Part shown: in pieces, positions 38,069 through 47,362 of the stretch
Position numbering within the stretch: the first letter of the stretch is position 1
Layout: each line of letters opens with the position of its first letter
Source: Myxococcota bacterium
GTDB taxonomy: Bacteria > Myxococcota > XYA12-FULL-58-9 > JABJBS01
DNA: 64,000 nt
Direction: 5' to 3'
Assembly (NCBI GenBank): GCA_036339465.1
Contig: JAYZAY010000085.1
Location: 85,479 to 149,478, forward strand
The notes under the pieces: model-generated
What the model saw: only the letters and a program-made list of their open reading frames with translations
Database searches by the model: none
What the model was told of the DNA's origin: nothing
Made by a program: the position numbers and the translations under genes

Positions 38069-40044
38069 GTTGCTACAACCCCCGTGTGCAGTGCATTAGA
38101 TTTACGCCTGGGCCATAATGAGATGAGGCTTCCCAGCATGATAATGGGCAAGCTCCACCAGATCCATGGGACCATGGGCATGATATAGGCCTTGACGACA
38201 ACTCTCCGTCCTTGCTCTTCAAAGGCCAAGAGACTTAGGTAGATGTCCTGATTGCCGATCGTTCTCACGTGAGGGGTGCCAATGGGTTCTCGCTGACTTC
38301 TGTAATAATTTAGTTTGGGCTGCATAGCCCCGAGGGTTGAGTCCTGGTGGAAGACTTCGAAGGAAGCAAGAATTGAGAATTTTTCGGGATGAGACTCACC
38401 CACGGTTTCTTTATAAATGAACGTATATTCTCCCAGCTGAAAGTCTTTGCCTGGGGTGAGCGATGCCTCGACCGACTCTTTCCAGGTTTTGTTGCCGGCG
38501 ATGGCGGCCACAATTGCAATGATAGCAAAGTGTACGATGTAGCCTCCGACCTTACGGCGGTGAGAGGCGAATGTTTTTTGAATGGAGGTGTGGAGTGGCT
38601 CAAGGTGTCTGGCGCGGCGACTACGGACTAAATTGATGAGTTCTTGTGCGGTGACCGTGGCCGCAAATGTGCAAACCCCGAGGGCGAGCAATGTTGTGGT
38701 GGAGGTGGAGGGTTCTAAAAGAATCGTCATGATGGCACCTAGGAGCCCGATACTGGCCGGCATAAGAAGCCCACGAATAACGTCCTTGGAGGAAGGTCGC
38801 CCCCAGGGAAGTACCGGGCCGATCCCCATCAGGAAGACCATCAAGATACCAATGGGCGTGGCCATTTGATTGAAGTAGGGTTCTCCAACGCTTAGTTTTA
38901 CGCCCTTTATCGCTTCGGTGATCAACGGGTAAACGGTTCCAATTAGAACGGTGAATGTAAAGACGACGAAAATTAAGTTGTTGAGGAGAAAAGCACTTTC
39001 TCGACTTAGGGGAGACTCAATGGTGCCCTCGTCCTCGAGTAGATGAGAGCGCATGGCCAGTAGAGCCATGGAGAAGATTGCGGTTGTGGCAAGGAATCCT
39101 AGAAAGATTGGTCCAATGGAGGATTGAGTAAAGGAGTGAACGGAATTAAACACGCCACTGCGCGTCATGAAGGTGCCGAGAATCGTCAGGAGAAACGCGC
39201 AGATAACTGAAGTAAGGGTCCATACTTTAAGGATGCCTTTCCGCTCTTGAACCACAGTGGAGTGAAGGTAGCCTGTGGCTGCCAACCAGGGGAGGAATGA
39301 AGCATTTTCAACAGGGTCCCACGCCCAGTAGCCGCCCCAACCAAGTACTTCATAGGCCCACCAGGCTCCCACAATGATTCCCAAGGTGAGAAAAGTCCAA
39401 GGAATCATTGTCCAATAGCGCAGAGGTTTTAGCCAACCCGAGGTGAGTTCTCCACGAAGTAAGGCTGCTATGGCGATTGAAAATGGAACACTCATTCCTA
39501 CGTAGCCTAGATAGAGGAGGGGAGGGTGAACGACCATAAGGATGTGATTTTGCAGTAAGGGATTTGGGCCGGGGCCATCGAGTGGAATCGGGTCCATGAT
39601 TTGAAAAGGGTTTGCCGGACCGGCAATGACAATGGCGAAAAATGCAGCATTCAAGAGTAAGACACCGTTGGCGTAGGGTACGAACTTGGGATATCTATTT
39701 TCGAGCTGCTTACAAAAACCAACCATATAAAAGCCCAAAATAGCGCCCCAAAACAGAATTGAACCTTCCAGCGACGACCACAGTGAGACGACGCTAACCC
39801 AGGTGGGGACACTTCGGCTACCGACCTGCGCTACGTAGGAGACGCTAAAATCATCAACAAGAAGGGCTCGCACCATGACTAAATTAGCGAGTACCATGGT
39901 GGCCGCATAGCCGTATGCGCACCATCGTCCCCATTTGGTACCCGTGGGGCTATTGTGACGCCCGGCACTAAAGCTTAGTATTGCCCCGGCTAAAGCCAGA
40001 GCAACACTGGATAAGATCAATGTGTTACCAGTGGTCGCGTGCAA
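38065..40044 (-). CDS. ccmF: cytochrome c heme lyase subunit CcmF
   Basis: HPPLLYLGY, WGGYWAWDPVENAS, SVHSF. Confidence 0.97.
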   Translation of the reverse strand: MHATTGNTLILSSVALALAGAILSFSAGRHNSPTGTKWGRWCAYGYAATMVLANLVMVRALLVDDFSVSYVAQVGSRSVPTWVSVVSLWSSLEGSILFWGAILGFYMVGFCKQLENRYPKFVPYANGVLLLNAAFFAIVIAGPANPFQIMDPIPLDGPGPNPLLQNHILMVVHPPLLYLGYVGMSVPFSIAIAALLRGELTSGWLKPLRYWTMIPWTFLTLGIIVGAWWAYEVLGWGGYWAWDPVENASFLPWLAATGYLHSTVVQERKGILKVWTLTSVICAFLLTILGTFMTRSGVFNSVHSFTQSSIGPIFLGFLATTAIFSMALLAMRSHLLEDEGTIESPLSRESAFLLNNLIFVVFTFTVLIGTVYPLITEAIKGVKLSVGEPYFNQMATPIGILMVFLMGIGPVLPWGRPSSKDVIRGLLMPASIGLLGAIMTILLEPSTSTTTLLALGVCTFAATVTAQELINLVRSRRARHLEPLHTSIQKTFASHRRKVGGYIVHFAIIAIVAAIAGNKTWKESVEASLTPGKDFQLGEYTFIYKETVGESHPEKFSILASFEVFHQDSTLGAMQPKLNYYRSQREPIGTPHVRTIGNQDIYLSLLAFEEQGRRVVVKAYIMPMVPWIWWSLPIIMLGSLISLWPRRKSNALHTGVVAT

Positions 40045-40164
40045 GGTACTCTCCTTTTAGCCGGTGGCTGCTGTCGTTATTGAGGTGATGACGAAGCTAG
40101 CAATGGGCTCTTAATGGACTTTCTGCCTGGAGTGCGCAAGGGTTTCTCTTTAGGTAGAGTTTCA

Positions 40165-40840
40165 ATGAAGTTAATTACTTGCTGTATCTTTTCTCAAGGC
40201 CCCGTTATTGGGAAGAGCCAAGTCGCGACTCGCCGGAGATCCGGGAGAGGTTTGGGCCCGAGAATTGGGCGTGGCCTTTTATCGGGATGTTTTGGGCACC
40301 ACCAGGCAAATGAAGAATATCCGGACAGTGATTACAACTGTATCGCCTGGAATTGACTGGATGAGTAGCCTTAAGGGTGGGAGATTTGAGAAGCAAGGTC
40401 TGGGGCGTTTGGGGCAGCGATTACCAAGGGTGCTTAGCCGAGCTTTGAAGGATTCAACTTTTGCCATGGCTGTAGGAGCAGACAGCCGAGAGCTTAGAGT
40501 TGAGCATTTGATCATGAGTTTAAGATCCCGAGAAGATGTGGATGCGGTGGTTTCTCGGGTCCAGGATGATGGATACTGGCAGTTAGGAGATGGAGAGGGA
40601 GGGAATGTCGATCTTACTCGGGTGCCAATGGGGTCTCGGTATGCTTTCGAGGACACTGTGAAGACGATTAAACAGAGTGGTTTTTCGTAGGGTTTAGGGC
40701 CTGCGGGATTTGATATCGATATCCCCGAGGATTTTTATCGATTAATTGAGCGTTTACGGCAAAATAAAAACCTCGCCCCTCGCCCTCGGCAGGTTTTATC
40801 GAAGGTGTCTGTCCGAGGACTCATTGAATCAAGTATTTGA
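40165..40840 (+). pseudogene. DUF2064/TIGR04282 (CofC-like glycosyltransferase-fold) pseudogene
   Basis: MKLITCCIF joins LKAPLLGRAKSRL only if one T of the run 40189-40192 is removed; in-frame TAG at 40688 is followed by GFDIDIPEDF...APR to TGA 40840. Confidence 0.85.
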
Positions 40841-40867
40841 TTAGCTGATATCAACTATGCTACCGCG

Positions 40868-41629
40868 GTGATCATGGAAAGTTTAAATGTTATTCCGGTT
40901 GTTCTCGCGCAAACCTCGCCTGTTCCGGTGATGGAGCTTGTGGCCTCCAAAGGGACTGAGTTAACTTTCTGGGGCGCAGTCACCAACGCGGGTTTCTTTG
41001 AGCAAGTGGTCATGTTGATTTTGGGTGGCTTTTCGGCGATTAGCTGGGCCATCATTATTTACAAGTACGCCATGATGCGGCGGGCGTTTAACCAATCCGA
41101 GAGTTTTCTGGATACATTTTGGTCATCAAAACGCCTCGACGTTATTTATCAAGAGTCAGAGGGCTTGGGTGAGAGCCCTGTTTCCCAGGTTTTCCGGGCC
41201 GGTTATATCGAATTAGCGAAATTGAAGCGGAAGGAACAAGAGTCGGAAGTAGGGGATACCCAACTCGGTTCTATCGACAGCATCCATCGTTCTATGCGTC
41301 GAGCTGCATTGACAGAGCTGACCCATTTGGAGTCTCTGGTCCCATTTCTAGGCACTACAGGCTCAACCTCCCCATTCATCGGTCTTTTAGGGACGGTGGT
41401 GGGAATTATGTCGGCGTTTCAACAGATTGGTATGGATAAGAGCGCAGGCCTGGCTACGGTTGCTCCCGGTATTGGCGGAGCCTTGGTTGCGACTGCGTTT
41501 GGACTTGTGGCTGCCATTCCTGCTGTCATTGCTTACAACGATCTGCTTTCTCGAATTCGGGTTTTAGATGCAGAGATGGATAACTTTTCTGCAGATTTTC
41601 TCAATATCGTGAAGCGTCACTTCTTCTAG
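40868..41629 (+). CDS. tolQ: TolQ
   Basis: TTGSTSPFIGLLGTVVGIM, VAPGI..ALVATAFGL..AIPA. Confidence 0.93.
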   Translation: MIMESLNVIPVVLAQTSPVPVMELVASKGTELTFWGAVTNAGFFEQVVMLILGGFSAISWAIIIYKYAMMRRAFNQSESFLDTFWSSKRLDVIYQESEGLGESPVSQVFRAGYIELAKLKRKEQESEVGDTQLGSIDSIHRSMRRAALTELTHLESLVPFLGTTGSTSPFIGLLGTVVGIMSAFQQIGMDKSAGLATVAPGIGGALVATAFGLVAAIPAVIAYNDLLSRIRVLDAEMDNFSADFLNIVKRHFF

Positions 41630-41645
41630 GTCGAGGAGAGAGATT

Positions 41646-42056
41646 ATGGGAATCATGGGTGGGCGGGGAGTTCCGGTTTCCGATATCAATGTAACGCCCT
41701 TGGTAGATGTTATGTTGGTTTTGATGATCATTTTTATGGTGACAGCCCCGCTTGTGCAGCAGGGGGTGGCAGTGGATCTGCCCGCGGCGGAGGCACAACC
41801 CATGGAGGCAGATTCTGAGAAAATGGTACTTACTTTGACCAAAGATAAGCGGGTTTTTGTGGGAGATACCGAGATCCCTCTCGACGAACTTCGTCCCAAA
41901 CTACTCCATAACCGTAAACTCAAATTAGATAAAGAAGTCTATCTCCATGCCGACCGGACTTTACCTTATGGTACCGTGGTAGATGTTATGGCGACTCTCA
42001 AGGAAGCTGGGGTTCAAACCTTGGGCATGGTGACCGATCCGTTGGGTGGAGATTAG
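41646..42056 (+). CDS. tolR: TolR
   Basis: INVTPLVDVMLVLMIIFMVTAP, ADRTLPYG. Confidence 0.93.
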   Translation: MGIMGGRGVPVSDINVTPLVDVMLVLMIIFMVTAPLVQQGVAVDLPAAEAQPMEADSEKMVLTLTKDKRVFVGDTEIPLDELRPKLLHNRKLKLDKEVYLHADRTLPYGTVVDVMATLKEAGVQTLGMVTDPLGGD

Positions 42057-42061
42057 ACCCT

Positions 42062-42868
42062 ATGGAGCGGGTACCAGTTTCAAGATTACTAAAGCGTTTT
42101 CGTGTTGTACTCGCTTTCTCCATACTTACTCATGTGGTTATTATTGCTCTTTTTATGGCGATGTCTCATGGGCATTCTCCTTCTTTCGAATCGGAAGATG
42201 TTCTTATTACCAAATTAGTTCGGTTGGGAAAGAAGCGACCTGAGCATCTTCTGCCTCGACTTCAAAAGCCGAAACCGCCGGCCCCAAAATCGAAGAAATC
42301 CGACTCTGCACCCAAACCTTCGAAGGCAGCCGTAGAAAAGGTTAGGCCCACGCCAAAAATTCCGGTGAAATCGCCAATTTCAACCAAGAAGCACGCAAAG
42401 CAATCCTCCAAACAGCCGGTGAAAACAATGTCGGCTCTGGAAAGACTAAAGAAGGAAGCTCATCTTGGAAATGCACTGGATCGATTGCGAAATAAAACCA
42501 GGTCTGCTTCCGGTCAAGAGCCCGAGGGGGACCCTAAGGGTAGCGTGGCGGGTACTGTGTCCGATGTTCGACTTGCAATTGTCGGAAATCGCTATGCCAG
42601 TGAAGTCGTTGTGCCCTGCATACGTCGGGGTTTTGTGGTGGAGGGTGTCGGGAGGTTATCCCAGGCTGGGCGCTCGGCTACGGTGTGGTTAAGGATTGAT
42701 CGCTCTGGGAGAGTGGACCGTTATCGTATAGAGAAGGCGTCGGGTTCGGAGGCGGTGGATAGAGCGGTGGATAGAGCGGTGCAAGAATGTAGGTTTTTGA
42801 GTGCTCCTCCGCCAGAAATTAGGCGTCAGTTGGCAAGGGATGGTATCGAGGTGTTGTTTAAGCCATAA
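42062..42868 (+). CDS. tolA: TolA/TonB-family energy transducer
   Basis: TM with SxxxH (SILTH), Pro/Lys-rich linker, TonB_C-like end; lies between tolR and tolB. Confidence 0.85.
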   Translation: MERVPVSRLLKRFRVVLAFSILTHVVIIALFMAMSHGHSPSFESEDVLITKLVRLGKKRPEHLLPRLQKPKPPAPKSKKSDSAPKPSKAAVEKVRPTPKIPVKSPISTKKHAKQSSKQPVKTMSALERLKKEAHLGNALDRLRNKTRSASGQEPEGDPKGSVAGTVSDVRLAIVGNRYASEVVVPCIRRGFVVEGVGRLSQAGRSATVWLRIDRSGRVDRYRIEKASGSEAVDRAVDRAVQECRFLSAPPPEIRRQLARDGIEVLFKP

Positions 42869-42882
42869 GGAAGGGTTATTCC

Positions 42883-44226
42883 ATGAGCTTTGGTTTCAAT
42901 CAAAGAATGTTTGTGAGTGCAGGGATCATTGCTGTGTTTCTCGCACTATTTCCAGGTTATGTTGGTGCACAGCGACTTCGCGTGTCTGTTGAGGGCGCGG
43001 AGTTTAGACCCTTTCCTGTAGCAGTACCGCCAGTGTATTGGTCGGGGAAGAAGGGGGGTGAAGTAGAGCAGCGTCTCGTCCGAGAGTTAACGGCAGTTCA
43101 GCAGACATGCGTGGATTTAGCGCGGCCACTGGAGCTTGTGCCTCCCGCCAGTTATCTTCGACAGACAGAAGGTGCTGCAGGGGCTCCGAAGTATGCCGAT
43201 TGGCTCAATGTAGGTGCTTCGGGATTGCTACTGAGTTCTGTCGACCTAAAAGAGACCCTCTTATTAATCCACTTTCGGTTTTATGACACAGTGTCTCGGA
43301 AACTGATGCTCTCAAAGTCGTACTCTGTTTCTAAGAAAGAGGGTACCAAAGCGGTCCACCGTTTTTTGGATGAAGTCATTCGACTTTTGACCGGTAAACC
43401 GGGGATTTTTTCTTCTCGTATTGCTTATGTGCGGAAAACATCGGGAGGCAAGGCGGTTTTCATCTCGGACATGGACGGTGGAAATGAGATTCGCGTGACT
43501 GATGCTAAGAATCTAAGTTTGTTGCCAGCTTGGAGCCCCGATGGAAACAATCTTCTTTTTACTTCGTTCATGAAGAGCAACGCAGATCTCTATCGTCTGA
43601 ATCTTAAGACGAAAAAGTTTGATTGGCTCTCCCACAAGCGCGGGCTAAACACGGGAGCATCGGTTTCTCGAAATGGCAAAAAGATCGCTCTAACCCTAAG
43701 TGTGGATGGCAATACTGAGATTTACGTGATGAATGTGGACGGCTCAAGTTTGACGAGGCTAACGGACGATTGGGGACAAGATATTTCCCCATCTTGGAGT
43801 TTTGATGGCACGCAGCTGACGTTTGTGAGTTCAAGATCAGGCCAGCCCCATATTTACGTGATGAATTCTGATGGCAGTAAGCCCCGTCGGATTACTTTCA
43901 AAGGAAATTACAACCAAGAGCCGGATTGGTCTCCCCTACCGGGAGGTAAAATTGTTTTTACTGCTCGCGATGAGTTGTTAAAGTACGATTTGTTTACCGT
44001 CGACCCCAAAAATACAGAGATTGGTCGACTCACCCAAGATCAGGGCAACAATGAAAGCCCTTCTTATTCCCCTGACGGCTCACAAATTGTGTTCACTTCT
44101 ACTCGGCCGCCAAAATATGGCAAGAAATTGTATTTGATGAATGCGGACGGTTCGAACCAAAAGCGTATCTCTGTAAAACCAGGGAATTACGAGACTCCGG
44201 CTTGGGGGCCGATTGCTGGTTATTGA
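42883..44226 (+). CDS. tolB: TolB beta-propeller protein
   Basis: TolB-N region and repeated P.WSPDG propeller blades. Confidence 0.93.
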   Translation: MSFGFNQRMFVSAGIIAVFLALFPGYVGAQRLRVSVEGAEFRPFPVAVPPVYWSGKKGGEVEQRLVRELTAVQQTCVDLARPLELVPPASYLRQTEGAAGAPKYADWLNVGASGLLLSSVDLKETLLLIHFRFYDTVSRKLMLSKSYSVSKKEGTKAVHRFLDEVIRLLTGKPGIFSSRIAYVRKTSGGKAVFISDMDGGNEIRVTDAKNLSLLPAWSPDGNNLLFTSFMKSNADLYRLNLKTKKFDWLSHKRGLNTGASVSRNGKKIALTLSVDGNTEIYVMNVDGSSLTRLTDDWGQDISPSWSFDGTQLTFVSSRSGQPHIYVMNSDGSKPRRITFKGNYNQEPDWSPLPGGKIVFTARDELLKYDLFTVDPKNTEIGRLTQDQGNNESPSYSPDGSQIVFTSTRPPKYGKKLYLMNADGSNQKRISVKPGNYETPAWGPIAGY

Positions 44227-44559
44227 GCGTATGTCTACGATTTATTGCCCAACGAGCAAGTCCGCTCAAATCCTCCCCCCTACCTTCATTCAATCAGACG
44301 ATGCGGTTTTACGTCCGGGTAAAGTGGCTTGAGAAACATCCCAAATTGAAGAGAGTGCCCATTTCGCAGATACGAAGTATCTTGGAGATCCACTTTTTTG
44401 GGAAGAGATCCCAAGAAGGGGCGGATACTGCCGATGTTTATGGAGGGTGGGGTAGGTGGGTTTTAGGCTGATTTTTTCTAGGCAGGGGGAGTCAAAGATG
44501 TCGGGGATGCCATCAAAATTTAAGGCGACATCTGTTCTCCGAATGGGAGGCTGATTCCA

Positions 44560-44955
44560 ATGGGGGGGGGGATTGAGATAGAGGTCGAAGCGAAACTCGT
44601 TGACGAGGTTCAAAATAGTGTACTTGCGGTCTATTCAATCCTTGTTGCAATGGTGGCCGTATCCCTTGTGTTTGAACCTTGGTTTGTGGGAAAACTTCAA
44701 AGTGATGACACCGGTGAAATGGATGATTCGTGGGCACAGGGGCTGTATTTATGGCTGTTTCCTGGCGAAAAAGCTCTCAGTGTTTCGAATGCTCTAGACT
44801 GTATCGATGTTTTAACGGTGCGGTACCGCTTGTTTGAGGTAGAGGAAATAGTGGCAGGAATGTTGGTTTTTGGCTATGTCTCAAAGACTTCGGGTGCAGA
44901 ATACAAGGATTTAGAAGGGCGCTTTGAATTCTTCGATATGGAGGGCAATTTCTAG
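44560..44955 (+). CDS. hypothetical ORF or decayed gene fragment
   Basis: 131-aa ORF whose start runs into a G10 tract; no family recognised. Confidence 0.35.
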   Translation: MGGGIEIEVEAKLVDEVQNSVLAVYSILVAMVAVSLVFEPWFVGKLQSDDTGEMDDSWAQGLYLWLFPGEKALSVSNALDCIDVLTVRYRLFEVEEIVAGMLVFGYVSKTSGAEYKDLEGRFEFFDMEGNF

Positions 44956-45184
44956 AACGAGGGGACCAAGAATTTGGTTGTATCCTGCGAAAATTTTCAT
45001 GTTCTGAAAGCTTGAGAAAATGAGTCTCTTAGGTTGTTATACCAGGGGAGGTCCCGGTTTGACTTGTGACTTGAGGCCAAGGATGTGTTTGCTTTGGCAT
45101 ATTCGAAATTTAGGTTTTTGGTCGGCGGGATTTAAGGTTGTGATAAGCGAGTTGTTACGCTCTCCAATGAGGGAGTTGAGGTCG

Positions 45185-46288
45185 ATGATAAAGAAGAGAT
45201 TGAGAAAAACAATACTGAGGATGGCTATACTCCCGATGGGGATTCTTTACCTCAGCAGCTGCAGCTTGTGGGGGGAAAAGGAGTCTATCCTTCTTACGAA
45301 GGCGCCGACCCGGGTGTCTAGCCTCCATACTCAGAAGCTACCGGTTACGTCTGTTTTAGCACGGGTTGGTGACCGAAATATCACCATGGGGGATTTACCA
45401 AGAACCCTAGATGGGGAGTTGCGTGAACTTCAAAATAGATGGGCGCAAAAGGAGCTTTTTACGTTATGGCTGCATTTGGAAAAACGTATCGAAGAGGCGC
45501 TACTCGATAAAGAGGCGGAGGCCCAAGGTATTCATGCTGGGCGATTGATCAATCGTGAAATTAAGGCGTTGTTGAAAGTGCCAACCGAAGCAGAGTTGGT
45601 CGAATTTTACGAGAAGAATAAGGACATGATTCCCGTTGAATATGAAGAGGCGAAGCCACTTCTCAAAAGAGAGATACTACTTGAGCGTGAGCGCCTGGCT
45701 AAAATTTCATTTTTTCAAGAACTACGAGAGAAATATAAGGTTGATATTGCGCTCCCGATTCCAGATTTTCCGAGATACGAGATGAAATTTCCGGGTCGAC
45801 CCTCCACGGGACCAGCTGACGCACCAGTTACGATTGTGGAATTTCTAGACTTCCAATGTCCCTATTGTCGCCAAGCGCATCTGATTGCCCGCGAATTGAG
45901 AGAGCGTTATCCAAGCGAAGTACGGATCGTTTTTCGTTTTTTCCCCCTACCCAATCATCCCCAGGCTTTGCTGGCGGCCCGGGCTTCTTATTGTGCTGAT
46001 TTACAGGGCCTTTTTTGGCCTTTTCACGACCGTTTATTTGAGAATTCTGGGGAGTTACGGCAAGATACGGTTAAGAAAATCGCATTGGAATTGTCCTTAG
46101 AGAGTGGTTTGTTCAATAAATGTTTGTCAGATGCAGCTTCCCTAGAGGCGGTAAAAGATGATATTCGAGCCGGGAAACGATTAGGGGTAGAGGGTACGCC
46201 GTCAATTTTTATTAATGGCATTAAGTTGGTTGGCTTGTTACCCTTTCCTTTGATAACTGAACTGATCGATGCAGAGTTAGCTGAGTGA
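45185..46288 (+). CDS. DsbA-family oxidoreductase with SurA-like N-terminal domain (probable lipoprotein)
   Basis: LSSC lipobox, EFLDFQCPYC, FPLPNHPQA, GVEGTPSIFING. Confidence 0.9.
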   Translation: MIKKRLRKTILRMAILPMGILYLSSCSLWGEKESILLTKAPTRVSSLHTQKLPVTSVLARVGDRNITMGDLPRTLDGELRELQNRWAQKELFTLWLHLEKRIEEALLDKEAEAQGIHAGRLINREIKALLKVPTEAELVEFYEKNKDMIPVEYEEAKPLLKREILLERERLAKISFFQELREKYKVDIALPIPDFPRYEMKFPGRPSTGPADAPVTIVEFLDFQCPYCRQAHLIARELRERYPSEVRIVFRFFPLPNHPQALLAARASYCADLQGLFWPFHDRLFENSGELRQDTVKKIALELSLESGLFNKCLSDAASLEAVKDDIRAGKRLGVEGTPSIFINGIKLVGLLPFPLITELIDAELAE

Positions 46289-46307
46289 TGTGTGTGGAGG
46301 GGAATCG

Positions 46308-46493
46308 ATGTTTGATGGATTACAAGTTTTCAGTGCCACGAAGCACAAAGAGCGCGACGAGTTAGGCGATAAGATAACGCGCTGGATCAAGCAGAACCAA
46401 GATCGCGTGAAAATTGTGGATCGATGTGTTACACAGAGTTCTGACAGTGAGTACCACTGTGTTACGATTATTCTTTTTTATGACTATCTCTGA
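46308..46493 (+). CDS. small hypothetical protein, 61 aa
   Basis: GGAGG RBS; FDGLQVFSATKHKERDELG...VTQSSDSEYHCVTIILFY. Confidence 0.85.
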   Translation: MFDGLQVFSATKHKERDELGDKITRWIKQNQDRVKIVDRCVTQSSDSEYHCVTIILFYDYL

Positions 46494-46518
46494 TTAATTC
46501 CTTAGGCTCAAATTGGAT

Positions 46519-46992
46519 ATGACTGAACCTCTGCGACCTTCCGAGTCCGCTCTGCAAACGACCTATCAGGTATTGCCACCTGATACGAACCATTTTGGTC
46601 ATGCTTTTGGTGGAAGGATTATGGAATGGATGGATGTTGCCGCAGGTATTGCAGCTTCTAGGCATTGTCGAGAGCCAGCGGTCACTGTAGCGGTGGATGA
46701 CCTTTGTTTTGCTCGTCCTATCAAAATGGGCGACGTGGTCATTATTCATGCCTGTGTCAATTATACAGGTAAGACAAGTATGGAGGTCGGGGTCAGGGTG
46801 GATCGAGAAAATCGAAAAACCCGTCGACGGGAGCATTGCTTGAGCGGTTACTTCACTTTTGTAGCCATTGATAGTGACAACCAACCGATTCCTGTTCCTG
46901 CGGTCGAACCGCTTACGGAGACGGAGTTGCGGCGGTTCAAGAATGCACAGATCCGAAGAGATAATCGGCTACAGAGGAGAGTAGAGAAATAA
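46519..46992 (+). CDS. hotdog acyl-CoA thioesterase (YciA family)
   Basis: DTNHFGHAFGG, TGKTSMEVGV, FTFVAID. Confidence 0.93.
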   Translation: MTEPLRPSESALQTTYQVLPPDTNHFGHAFGGRIMEWMDVAAGIAASRHCREPAVTVAVDDLCFARPIKMGDVVIIHACVNYTGKTSMEVGVRVDRENRKTRRREHCLSGYFTFVAIDSDNQPIPVPAVEPLTETELRRFKNAQIRRDNRLQRRVEK

Positions 46993-47004
46993 GTGAGCCA
47001 GTTT

Positions 47005-47166
47005 CTAACTTGCGCGTTTTTCGGCTGGATAAAACCTTGTAGAATCCGCCGCCCGCTCGTAGCTCTCTTCTACTTCCGATACGATTGCTTTTTCCACCAT
47101 TAGAACCGGTATCAAAGACCTTAATCTCGGTCGCAGCCCAGAGATGGCGTTACATAGAAGGCTCAT
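47005..47166 (-). pseudogene. possible remnant of a response-regulator receiver domain
   Basis: 53-aa frame LLCNAISGLRPRLRSLIPVLMV...EESYERAAD...YP resembles the C-terminal half of a receiver domain. Confidence 0.3.
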
Positions 47167-47362
47167 TGGTGGTTTGAAGCTTGAATTCGTCGCTTTTCTC
47201 TTTTTCCAACCCGTCTCGTACGATTTTGGACGTTTTCACAGAGAGCTCGGTTGAAATCTTCATTGAAGTAAAGCTCGGCATATTCTTCGAGGAGTCATCT
47301 TAGAGCGTAGGATTACCTTGAGTTTCACGAATAATTCTCACCTGAGGGATGCTTGAATCTCG

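Noticed and set aside
40688..40690. Pyrrolysine or programmed readthrough at the TAG
   Set aside because: The same gene has a separate frameshift and eroded motifs, and no pyl genes are seen; decay is the simpler explanation
42752..42781. 12-bp tandem repeat in tolA
   Set aside because: In-frame AVDR duplication with no evident wider significance
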